Made by a program: the position numbers and the translations under genes | Part shown: in pieces, positions 24,951 to 35,500 of the stretch | Layout: each line of letters starts with the position of its first letter | Numbering within the stretch: the first letter of the stretch is position 1 | The notes under the pieces: generated by a model | Databases searched by the model: none | What the model saw: the letters and a program-made list of their open reading frames with translations, nothing else | What the model was told of the DNA's origin: nothing | NCBI GenBank assembly: GCA_000388065.2 | Contig: KB932202.1 | Length of the DNA: 64,000 bases | Reading direction: 5' to 3' (one strand) | From: Fonticula alba ATCC 38817 | Lineage: Eukaryota > Protista > Nucleariida

Positions 24951-26177
24951 TTAGGCATCGGCATCCATCTGCACCGAAAGCTCGGCCGCCGAAGGCTGGT
25001 CCCCAGAGGGGGAGGAATCGCGCATGTCGGAGTCCCCCTCCGCCTGATGGGCCTCCTGATGATCATGGCAGGCATACGGAGCCACGGGGCATCCCTGGCA
25101 TGGGCCGCCACATCCGGCTCCTGGGCGGAAGGGTGTGTAGTCGGCATCCGTGTCGCTCAGCTCGAAGTCCGAAATGAGATCCGACTCCTCGCCGCTGGCG
25201 TCGCCAGCCGTGGCGGCGGTCAGCTCTGGGTGATTTTCCGCGGCCCAAGCACGCTTGAGATCCGGGCACGCCCAGCCGCACTTGTCGCACAGGCGCGTGA
25301 CTCCCGGAGTATGGGGCCCCGGGCAATCGGCCTGCTTGTGGACGTAATTGAGCGGAAACATGACATCTTCCAGTGGTCCAATGGCAGGGACGGTGAGCGA
25401 GTGATTGGGATCGGCCCAAATGAGGGCGTGCCACACGGCGAAGGAGCAGACAAGGGAGTGGGGAGACGCACGGACGCCATCGCAATAGGGCGGCATGGCA
25501 GTATACTTGCATGAGCAGATGTGATACACAAGTGGGGGCTTGGGATTGGGGTTTGTGGCGGAGCTGGCCGGCTTCGGGACCACCCACTTCAGAGGCCGGA
25601 AACGCGTACCCCGATGGGCACCTGGGCACATCGAGAGCACATGTGTGAGGATACAATGCGCGGGTAGATGTTTCGGGGTGACTCCCGACGGCTGGCCGTT
25701 GGCCAAGATGGAGTCAGCGGATCGTACCATCGCACCAGGGCTGCTTGGCGCTCAGGCCACAGGTGCACCAGAGCTTAACATCTCCAGGAACAAGGCCGCG
25801 AACGTTGACGGGGGAGAACTATTTCGAGGGGGCGGGGGGGGGGGGGGGGCAGGTGGTATATCAGCGAAGGAGGCCAGGGGACGGGAGGGAGGCGAGAGAG
25901 ATGCGCGTCGGCGAGGGAGGTGTGTCGACGCATGGCATGGGCGTACGGTTGGAACCGCTGCACGAAGATCCTCAATATCAACCATGCGTGCGGGCTGGCA
26001 GAAGACCGACTCCGAATGCCCCTCGATGGCCGCACGGCGGCGGGCCTTCTTGAGGTAGTAATCCGAAGAGGGGTACTTCGGGTCGGCTGGGGGGTCGGCC
26101 GGCTGGAGCGAAAGTCCGTCGATCCTCTGTGCGAGGTGTGTCGGCTCGGTGGCGGAGGTATTGGCAGAATCGCTCAT
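24951..26177 (-). CDS. Two-domain CDGSH iron-sulfur (NEET, CISD3/MiNT-like) protein, 4 exons
   Basis: After splicing it contains LWCTCGLSAKQPWCDG|AH and ICSCKYTAMPPYCDGV|H, two 3Cys-1His CDGSH-type motifs. Donors are GTACGC, GTACGA and GTGCGT. ATG at 26177. Confidence 0.85.
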
Positions 26178-27217
26178 GGCTGGCGGAGAGAGGGGAGGCG
26201 AAGAGGGGGAAGGTCGGGTGCCGCCTGGGGAAGGGGAGGGGGGGGGAGGAGGGTGAGGCAGTACAAGGCTCCACGAAGGGAAGAGGGAGAGGCACACGCG
26301 AGCAGAGGGGCAGTGGGGAGATACAGGAGGGGGAGGAAGGGAGGAGGGTGGCCGCACACGATCTTGAGCGAGGACGCGGGGAAATGGCATGCAGGAAGAT
26401 CAGGTCGCGGGGCGGGCAGTGCGCCCTGACCCAGCCCTCAAGGCAGAGGCGAAGAAGCCTGGACTGGTGACACTCGCCGGAGGGGGATCCTGACAGCCCC
26501 CCAGCTGATCGGGAGGGCGGTGGCGGGAGCTAAGAGCGGGGGAGCCAGGGGAGCCAGGGCGGCGGTAGACACCGCGCGCCCCCACTCCCACCCTCCCTCC
26601 CCCCAGGCCCTAAGTGACGGTCCCTGGTGTGTTCAGACCCCCTTCCCGGGCAGCCCACCCCCCCCCCCTCGCCCCGAAGCGTCGGCCGAGGGGGCTTGAC
26701 TGAGGGAGCGGGGATTTGGGCGAGACGGCACGGGTCACTCACTATCCGGAACCGGGGCACCCCCCCCCTGGAGGACGCGCAGCCCGAGGTCATATGGTGT
26801 GATCACGACGCGGGATCTCCCAATGGAGATCGGTCTTCTCCACTGGTCTCCTTCGATCGGACCGGCCCCTGTTGCGGAAGAGTTCGCGAGGCAGGGGGAA
26901 GCCCCACACGGCGTGGTCCTCGGAGGCTTGCCTCCCCCGGGGGCCATCTCGCCCAATCATGCGAGAGATGGGGTGGGTGGGGCCCCGAGCAGGCTAAGCT
27001 TCGGTCCTCTCGCGGAAGCTCATGGGCACCCGGGGGGCACCGGACGAAGGGGTCGGTATTCTCCTTTCCCCCGATTTCCTTTTTTCTTCACATCCCCCCG
27101 TTGCCTGCAGCTTTCCCTCCCTCTTCAACCCGGACCTCGCTCCCCTTTTGAATCGCTGTATCGCCGTAGCGAACGCTGGTGCTCTCACCGGCCCCCTGAC
27201 AGCGGTCGTCTGCCACC

Positions 27218-27528
27218 ATGTCCCTGGTACGCGCTCCTCCCGCATTCCCTTTCATCTCTTTGGTCGTTCCTCTCTTGAGATTGGCGCCCTTCGGAAGCTC
27301 TTACCTACTCCATCCTTCCCCTCCTGTACATGTGGCCGATTGTAAGTAGAATTCCAAAAAGTCATGGCATACCAGTAGCCTGGCCAACCAGGAGAAAGTC
27401 TGGAAGGCCGAGCAGAAGGCCGCGGCCGAGGCCCGACGCACGGCTGTCCTCCAGAAGGAGCTGGCTGCCGAGAGGGTGGCCATTGCCGAGGGCAAGTGCG
27501 TATGCCGACTGTGGCCCTCCCGCGGCGG

Positions 27529-27570
<42 letters not shown>

Positions 27571-29900
27571 GGAAAACACACGCCGTTAACTTCAGTTCTA
27601 ACCACTTCCCTCCTGTCACCCCTCGGCCTCTGGCGCTCAGAGCTCCCAGCTCCCAGCTTGACTGGATGTATTCCGGACGGTCACAAACGGTGACCGAGGA
27701 GCGCGAGGACTATCTTCTTGGTCGGAGGCGAATTGACTTCGCCTCGAAGACCCGGCCCCAGGGTCCCACATCTCTGAGTGAGGGTGTCCCCCTATCCGGG
27801 CGCCAGAGTGCCTTGACTTCCGTTGCCACGGTCCCCGACGATGAAGCCGACCGGGCTGAGGCGGCGGCCGAAGCCATGCGCGAAGAGGAGGAACGCCAAC
27901 TCAGTGCCAAGCGGCTACAGGCGGCCCTACGAGAGGACCCCTTCACGGCCATCAGCCTGGCCGAGGAGGAGGCCGCTTCTCGGGCCGCCACCCGCGCGAG
28001 CATTGGCCGGACCATGGCCCAGGCATCGAGCCGCGCCGATGGCCGTCGCCCCATGGGTCTGCATGACGCGGTGCGTGCATATTTGTCCATTTTCATTTCA
28101 TTTCCCTTCGCCTGCCCGGGCCCCCTGCCCATGCAGCAGCACTGTGTGTGTGTGTGTGTCCGTCTCTCTGCGCGTCGTTTCCAGCGCTCACCACCTCGGC
28201 TCCAGCTCGAAGCGCAACTTTCACGGACTCTCAACTCGTCAGGCCCGCCGGAGGCGCCGCTCTCGGAATCGCGCTCGCGTCGGAGCCACCGACGCCGGCG
28301 GAGTCATTCCCCTTCGGCTGGTAGTGACACTAGCGACTGCGAGTCTACCTCGCGCCGACGCCGGCGTCGAAGCCGTCGTGACCGAAGCTCCTCCCCCTCG
28401 ACCAACAATGACGAGGAGGACGGCCGGTCGGAGCGGCGGCGGACTCGCCGTCGGACTCGTCGCCGGGATGCGTCTGCGTCGCCAACTGCTGCTGATGAGT
28501 CCTCCTCGCGCCGAACTCGCCGCCGGAGCCGTCGCGATCGAAGCCCCTCGGCCGCTCTCGATGCTGCTACCCCCATGAATGAGGAAGATCGCACACGCGA
28601 CACGCCGAGTGGTCAGCGTCCGGTGTCTCGGAGTCGGACCCCGTCACCGCGGCGGTCATGCTCTCCCCGGCCTCGGTCCCCGATGCCAGCCTCGCGCCGG
28701 GGTGGTGCTCCCCATTCGCGGTCACGGTCACGCTCGTGGTCACGCTCTCCGGTCCGGCGCACCGATCGTCGGCTCTCGCCGCCACGGCAGCCCCGTCACG
28801 ATCGCACGGATTTCCACAATCTGCGTGATCGCAGCCCCTCACCGCGGCGCTTCCAAGGCAGGCATGGCTCCCCGGTTTACCAGCGCGATCGTAGCCGCTC
28901 TCCTGTGCGCCACATCCGCGAAAGCCGTAGCCCGCTCCGTCGGCTCGATGGTGACCGCAGTCGCTCACCGCCTCGCCAATTCCGGGGTGACCGCAGCCGC
29001 TCACCGCCTCGCCAGTTCCGGGGTGACCGCAGTCGCTCGCCNNNNNNNNNNNNNNNNNNNNNNNNNNNNNNNNNNNNNNNNNNNNNNNNNNNNNNNNNNN
29101 NNNNNNNNNNNNNNNNNNNNNNNNNNNNNNNNNNNNNNNNNNNNNNNNNNNNNNNNNNNNNNNNNNNNNNNNNNNNNNNNNNNNNNNNNNNNNNNNNNNN
29201 NNNNNNNNNNNNNNNNNNNNNNNNNNNNNNNNNNNNNNNNNNNNNNNNNNNNNNNNNNNNNNNNNNNNNNNNNNNNNNNNNNNNNNNNNNNNNNNNNNNN
29301 NNNNNNCCTCGCCAGTTCCGGGGTGACCGCAGTCGCTCGCCACCCCGTCGGTTCGATGGTGACCGCAGTCCGCCCCGGCAGGCTCGTCGTGACTGGAGCC
29401 CCCCTCGGCAGTCCTATCGTGAACGCAGTCCAGCCCGCCATCTCAGCCGTGATCGTGGCCCGCCACTCCCAGCCCCCCGTCACCATGAGGCACGCAATGT
29501 CCGCGAGGAGCGTCATTCCGTCACTGACAACCGTGGGCCGGCCTCTGGTGTTTCCTCCATGCTTGATGCGGCCGCCAAGCTCCAAGCCGCCCGAGAGGCG
29601 CACTTGAAGGCTACTGAGTACGTCTCCTTCCCCCCCCCTCTCTCTCTCTTTCTTTATAGCCACACATGCACAGACCCCCCACCATCCCCGCCCTTCCCTG
29701 CCTGGACTTGATTTGTATCCAGCCACATTGGCGGCCACTCTGACACCCTTTTTCTTGGTCCACGCAGGCAACGTGAACGTGAGATTTCCCAGCGCGAAGA
29801 CATCGCCCGGCGAAACACTGGCGCTATGGGCGATATGGCGGCCTTCATCCGTGACACCCACCGTGAGTCTCAAAAGTCTGGTGGGGCATGGCGCCGATAG
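27218..29900 (+). CDS. CWC25: Pre-mRNA splicing factor CWC25 with long Arg/Ser-rich tail (spans an N gap, 3' end tentative)
   Basis: gccaccATG TCC CTG|intron|NSKKSWHTSSLANQEKVWKAEQK (CIR N-terminal motif), LDWMY, EDYLLG, LREDPF, then an RS-rich region. Confidence 0.85.
28950..29380 (+). repeat. 36-bp coding tandem repeat (GDRSRSPPRQFR) inside CWC25, partly hidden by a gap
   Basis: Unit ggtgaccgcagtcgctcaccgcctcgccaattccgg is repeated on both sides of the gap at 29042-29306. Confidence 0.9.
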
Positions 29901-31503
29901 GCTTTGGGGCAACGATGCATCATCCCACCGACACTCTTGCATTTTCCACTGTTTCCCCCCCCCCCCCCCCCGAGCCCCAAGCTCTTTCGGCTTTCGATCG
30001 ACACCATCAATACGAAATACACACCAGAATAGAAAAAAGCACACCAGCCTCCACTCTTCTGGCGCTTTTTGGAGAAACTCAAGCGCCTCCTCCTCTCCAT
30101 GCCCCGGCCCACGATTTTTCCGAAAGTAGCACAGCCTTGTTGCGCCCTGGTCGCCGTCCCTGCGCCCGCTCTAGGGGGCGAGTTCTTCACGGCATACTTC
30201 TCGACCCAGGTCCCCCTCGTATCTGTTTTCCCGAAGTGCGGCCCCCCCCCCCCCCCCGCCGGCGCCATATGACACGCCTGTTTTTCTTTGTAGAAAAGAA
30301 TGTATTATTGTAACACTGAAAAGGAGGAAGGGGGAGGGGGAGCAACAAGTGTGTCGATGTGTGTGAGGGAAGGAGGGAAAGGAGGGGGGAAAGAGGGGAG
30401 AGGCCGAGGGAACACATGGATATGTGTACACGTGTGCGTGTGCGCGCGCGCGCGTGTGTGTGCGTGTGTGGATCAGAGTATGGGATGTGATTAGGTGTTG
30501 ATATTGTGTTCGAGGGGGGAGGAGGGGGAAGGGAAGAGGAAGGGGGGGGGGACGGGGAAGAGAGGGGAATCTGAGAGGGGAGAAGAAACTGGGAGGGAGA
30601 GCAGAAACAAGCCTCTCACTATCCCGGGAGGAAGGGGGTGAAGGGGGGAGAGGGGGGAGGGGGAAGGGAACCGCACGCCTGCGCCCATTCTTCCCCCCCA
30701 ATACGGGCGAGAGGAAAGAGGAGCAGGCTAATGGGGGGGGGGGGGTGCACAGGGAACAAAGGGACATCAGTCTTCAAAGCAAGCAGGAATGCGGCGTGAG
30801 GCAATTCTGCGGAGGAAGGGGGGGGGGAGGGGAAACGAGAAGAACAAGGGCGGCCGTACCTGGGGAGGGGCGGCGCACGCACACATACACACAAGCACAC
30901 ACACAGAGGGGGGGGGGGGGAGGGGGGCGCTATGTGGGCATGTGGGTGTCGGGGGAAGGGATATTTTTGTGGAAATAAAGCCAGGGTCTCATGTCTACTT
31001 ACCAGAGACGCTTCCGTGCCAGTATGAAACGTGGAGTAGCTGCACAGGGAGAGAGAACTAATGTGATGGGGGAGGGGGGAGGGGCGCGCGCATGTGTGCG
31101 CATGTGAGCGCGCACGAGCGGCCACCACTGATGCACCATTAACATGCAAGCCCCTCCCCCCTGGTCATTCTCTCCCTCGTCCTCTCATGCGCGTGCGGAC
31201 GACTCTCGGAGGCACGCCCCCCGCAGCGGCCAAGAAACCGAGGGAGCAGGCAGCACGCGAGTACAAGCAACACATGCACATTGGACAGAGGAAGTGCGCG
31301 CGTGAGGGGGAAGGGGGGGGGGGCGAGGAAAGGGGAGAAGCACACATCCACACACAGGCATGTCGGGAAGTTCAGAGGGGCAGGGCGCGGGCGCGCGTGT
31401 CCGGTGTCAATCGGAGGAGAGAGCGAGTGGGGGAGGGCGCCTCATCCCCGCCGTTGCCACGGGCACACACGCGCTTGCTCTCTCTCCCTCTCTGTCGTCG
31501 GAT

Positions 31504-32519
31504 TTAGAACATGAGGCAACGCTTGGTGCGCTTGCCCTGGGGAGGGTTCAGGGCGGCAAGGATGGCCTCATCGAAGACATCCTTCAGGCCCTTCTGCTTG
31601 AGGGCAGAGCACTCGACATACTTGACGGCGTTGAGCTCCTTGGCCAGGCGATCACCCATGTCCGGGGTGATGGGCTTCTGCTTGCTCTTGGCGAGGCGCT
31701 CGATGGCCTCCGGCGCGTCACGGAGATCCATCTGGGTGCCGACGATGATGCACGGCACCTGAGGGCAGTGGTGGCTGACCTCGGGGAACCACTTCTCGCG
31801 AACGTTCTCGAAGGAGGCGGGGTTGACCACGGAGAAGCAGACCAGGAAGACGTCGGTCTGGGGGTAGGAGAGCGGGCGCAGGCGATCGTAGTCCTCCTGA
31901 CCTGTGGCGAGGGGTGAGCAAGGGAAGGCGCGTCCTGGATGGGAGAGGGAGGAGGGGGAGCGAGGAAAGACACAAAGGAAAGAGGCACGAACCGGCGGTA
32001 TCGAAAAGACCGAGAGTGTACGGATCCTCCCCGATCATGACAGTAACGGCGTAGTTGTCGAAGACCTGGGGTGGGTGGCCGCGGGGGGGGGAGAGAGAGA
32101 GAGAGGGGGGGGGGATGGGGGGGAGGAGGGGAGAGGTCGAATAGGAGCGAGTGTGAGGAGGACCAGACATGCATCGGCTTGGACATGGCATATGTGGGGG
32201 AGGGGGGGGGGCACACGCGTGCGCGAAAGGGAGGGGACTGGGGAGGAGGGGAGAGCACGCACGGTCGGGACGTATTCCTGGGGGAACTTGTTGGTGGTGT
32301 AGGAGATGAGCAGGCAGGTCTGTAGGGGGGGGGGAGGGGAATCGAAGGTTGGTGTTAGTTAAACCGGAGAAGGAGAAACCTCATTTGAAATACCGGCCAT
32401 GAGCAAGGGCATCGCGAGGAGGGCCAGAGAGAGGGGGAGAAAGAGAGGCGGAAGACGAGAGGAAGACACACCTTGCCAACAGCACCATCACCGACGACGA
32501 CACACTTGATGGTCTGCAT
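31504..32519 (-). CDS. CDC42: Rho-family GTPase Cdc42, 4 exons
   Basis: [16 protein letters not shown]|[19 protein letters not shown]|[24 protein letters not shown]|[39 protein letters not shown], ending in the CAAX box CLMF*. Confidence 0.97.
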
Positions 32520-35500
32520 GGTGGAAGAGAACTGGGAATTGGGGAGAAAAGGGGAAAGGGGGAAAAGAAGAAGTTAGTGGGGGAGGTAAAGAGAAGGGAA
32601 GGAGAGGGGGGAGAGGCCAGTGGGCGGCATGAGCAAGGACGAGGAGGGATTAAAGGGGGACCAGAGGCGTTGGCAAGGCAGTGGAGACCACTTCCACAAA
32701 AGCGGGAGAGGTCTCTCGGCGCAGCCAGCGAAGGGAGAAGGGGGCGTTTTGCAAATGCCACTCGGGGGAGGAAGAGGAGAAGAGCATCGTCGCAGGACGC
32801 GCAGCAGCGGACCAGCACCCACGCCGCAAAGAGACACTGGCGGAGCGAGGAGGACGCATTTGCACGAGCAGGCAACAGGACGTCGCGCAGGTGCGCAGGC
32901 GCTCCGCTTCATCGGGGGGGGGGGGACCCGGGCCAGTGCGCGCGACCAAGCGGGACCATCTTTTCTCGGAGCCGGCCATGCACACACATTCACACACGCA
33001 CACTCGCGAGGAGTGGTGGTGCTGTGAGGGCGTGCTGGGCAAGGACAAATGAAGGCAGGGATGCAAGAGGGGAAAGGGACACAAGGGCGCAAGGGCGGGA
33101 GGAGGAGGAAGAAGAGGAAGAAGAGGAGGAAAGAGAGGGAGAGAGAGAATGGGAGGGAGGGGGGTCGGTAGTCGGGAGGAAAGCATACCGAGGGGAGCGA
33201 GCTCGTGTGGAGGGAGGGGAACGGGCGGGGGGGCGGAGCGGGGTGGGGAGGGGAGGGGAGCGGGGATGTTGCGCGGCGAACACGTCAGCAGCAGAAACAC
33301 CAGAAAAGGTTTGTCTGTTCGGCAGCCTTCGGGCGCCGCACACACACCCTAAAAAATGAGCAAGGCCGGGAGAACAAACGAGGGCCGGCTCTCGAGGGGG
33401 CGGGGGNNNNNNNNNNNNNNNNNNNNNNNNNNNNNNNNNNNNNNNNNNNNNNNNNNNNNNNNNNNNNNNNNNNNNNNNNNNNNNNNNNNNNNNNNNNNNN
33501 NNNNNNNNNNNNNNNNNNNNNNNNNNNNNNNNNNNNNNNNNNNNNNNNNNNNNNNNNNNNNNNNNNNNNNNNNNNNNNNNNNNNNNNNNNNNNNNNNNNN
33601 NNNNNNNNNNNNNNNNNNNNNNNNNNNNNNNNNNNNNNNNNNNNNNNNNNNNNNNNNNNNNNNNNNNNNNNNNNNNNNNNNNNNNNNNNNNNNNNNNNNN
33701 NNNNNNNNNNNNNNNNNNNNNNNNNNNNNNNNNGGGGGGGGGGAGCTCTCTCGGGTTTCTCCCGCCAGGTGTCCAGGGCTACCGGGCTGGGGTGGCCGGG
33801 TGAATCCCGGGGTGCGGGGTGCGGCAGATGCCCTGGCCGCCAGCCTCGAGCGCACCACGACCCCGGCCTCTCCCGCGGGAGGGGGCGAGCCAAAAGGGGC
33901 CGACCAACCTCGGTCGGGAGAAGGGGGGGGGGGTAGTTTGGAACGCGTGTAGCCGTGGGGGCTGGGGCGCCTTGTCCTCTCGGCCGCGAGTGAGGCCGTC
34001 AACCGGCCGCCTCGGCTGCGCGCTGGCCGTGAGTGTAAGCAGGCGTTCCACGCCCACTGACACACACGCATGAGCACAGACACAGACACACACACACACA
34101 CGCATACGCACGTACGTGCACGCGCGCCTGCAGGCGGGCGCCCAGCACATCGCACACAATGTGCTGCGCCGCCCGCCCGCCCACCCGGGGACGGGGTGTC
34201 CAGAAGGAGTCGACCCCCTCTCTCTGTCCCCCCCGGGGGGGGGGGGGGGGCCGCTACCGCATTTTCTCGGACCATGCCAGGCCGAACCCCCTCCTCCCAG
34301 CGGGCGCGGAGAGCGCGCGAGTGCATGCCCCCGGCCGCGGTGTGCCCCCTCCAGGGGCACACACCGGGGGAGGGGGCTGCGATTATAGGAAGCCGGGTGA
34401 AAGGGGCTGGGGCAGGGGGGGGGGGGGCCGAGACGGGCATGCTCGCCAGCGCAAGCAGCGCAGTCGGACCTCCCCCGGCTCCACATCCCTTATGTGGCCT
34501 TTCGCCCCCTCACCCCCCGCCCTCCGAGGGATGTGCTACCCCCCCGGGGCGCCCCGCACTGGGGGGAAGGAGCCAGGCCCGCCGACCGGGGGCGGGGCCG
34601 GGGGCGGGGCCGGGGCCGGGGGGGGGGGGGGGGGCAAGCGCACATTTTTCGCCGGCGCNNNNNNNNNNGGGGGGGGGGGGGGGGCAAGCGCACATTTTTC
34701 GCCGGCGCTGACCGGGGCTCATGCCTCCGTCGGGTGAGAGGGGGCCTCCGCCCTCGGAGGCCCTCAGCCGAGAACAGCGACTGCGTGGGCCGCGCGAGAC
34801 GAGCCCGAATGAGGCCGGGGCTCCCGACTCGTCGTACTCTGGCCCACCGGCTTGCTCGCGCGCTCGCTCCCCCATGTCATCCTCGCCCGGTGTGGCGTAG
34901 GCTCCACCGGCGCGGCTCTCCCCGGCCCCCGTGCACACGTCTACGTGCGGGTGTGCGCGCGCGCGCGCGCGCACGACCACCGCGCCGAGGAAGCCCACCG
35001 CCCTCAACCCGCACGCGGCAGTTGCACACTCTCACCCGCCTACCCCCCCTCTCGCCCGGCCCCCGGGGGGAGGGAGGGACGGGGGGGGGGGGGACCTCCT
35101 TGGGCCACCGGCCCCGGGCTGGCATTCGGCCGCTGTCTTCATGGCTTGGTTTAGGGGGTGCCAGGCTGTCCCGTCGTCCCCTTGGGCCCGGGGCGCTCCC
35201 GCCAGAGAGAGGGGCCCGGGCTGGTATGGGTGGAGCGCGGGGGGGGGGGGGAAAGCGCCGTCCCCTCGATATGCACACTCTCCTGGCCCGCGCTGGTCGA
35301 CCGGCTCCTTTTGGTGCCCTCAACTGGCCAGGGCACGCGCGCGCGCGCGCGCGCGGGCAAACATTCGCAGGCGCCGCGCCGGGGGCATTAACAGACAGGT
35401 GCGTGCCAGCCGTCTAACACAGAATGAGGGTCTAGCGTAGGAGCCGACACACCGGCCGGGGCGGGATTCTGGTGGGGGAATATTATTCGACCTGGCCCCT

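Noticed and set aside
28950-29380. CRISPR-like interpretation of 36-bp or 11-bp repeats
   Set aside because: Head-to-tail tandem units without unique spacers, inside a coding exon or intron of a eukaryotic gene, with no cas genes.
34621-34708. Tandem duplication of ggggcaagcgcacatttttcgccggcgc
   Set aside because: The copies flank a 10-N gap, which is a typical contig-overlap artefact.
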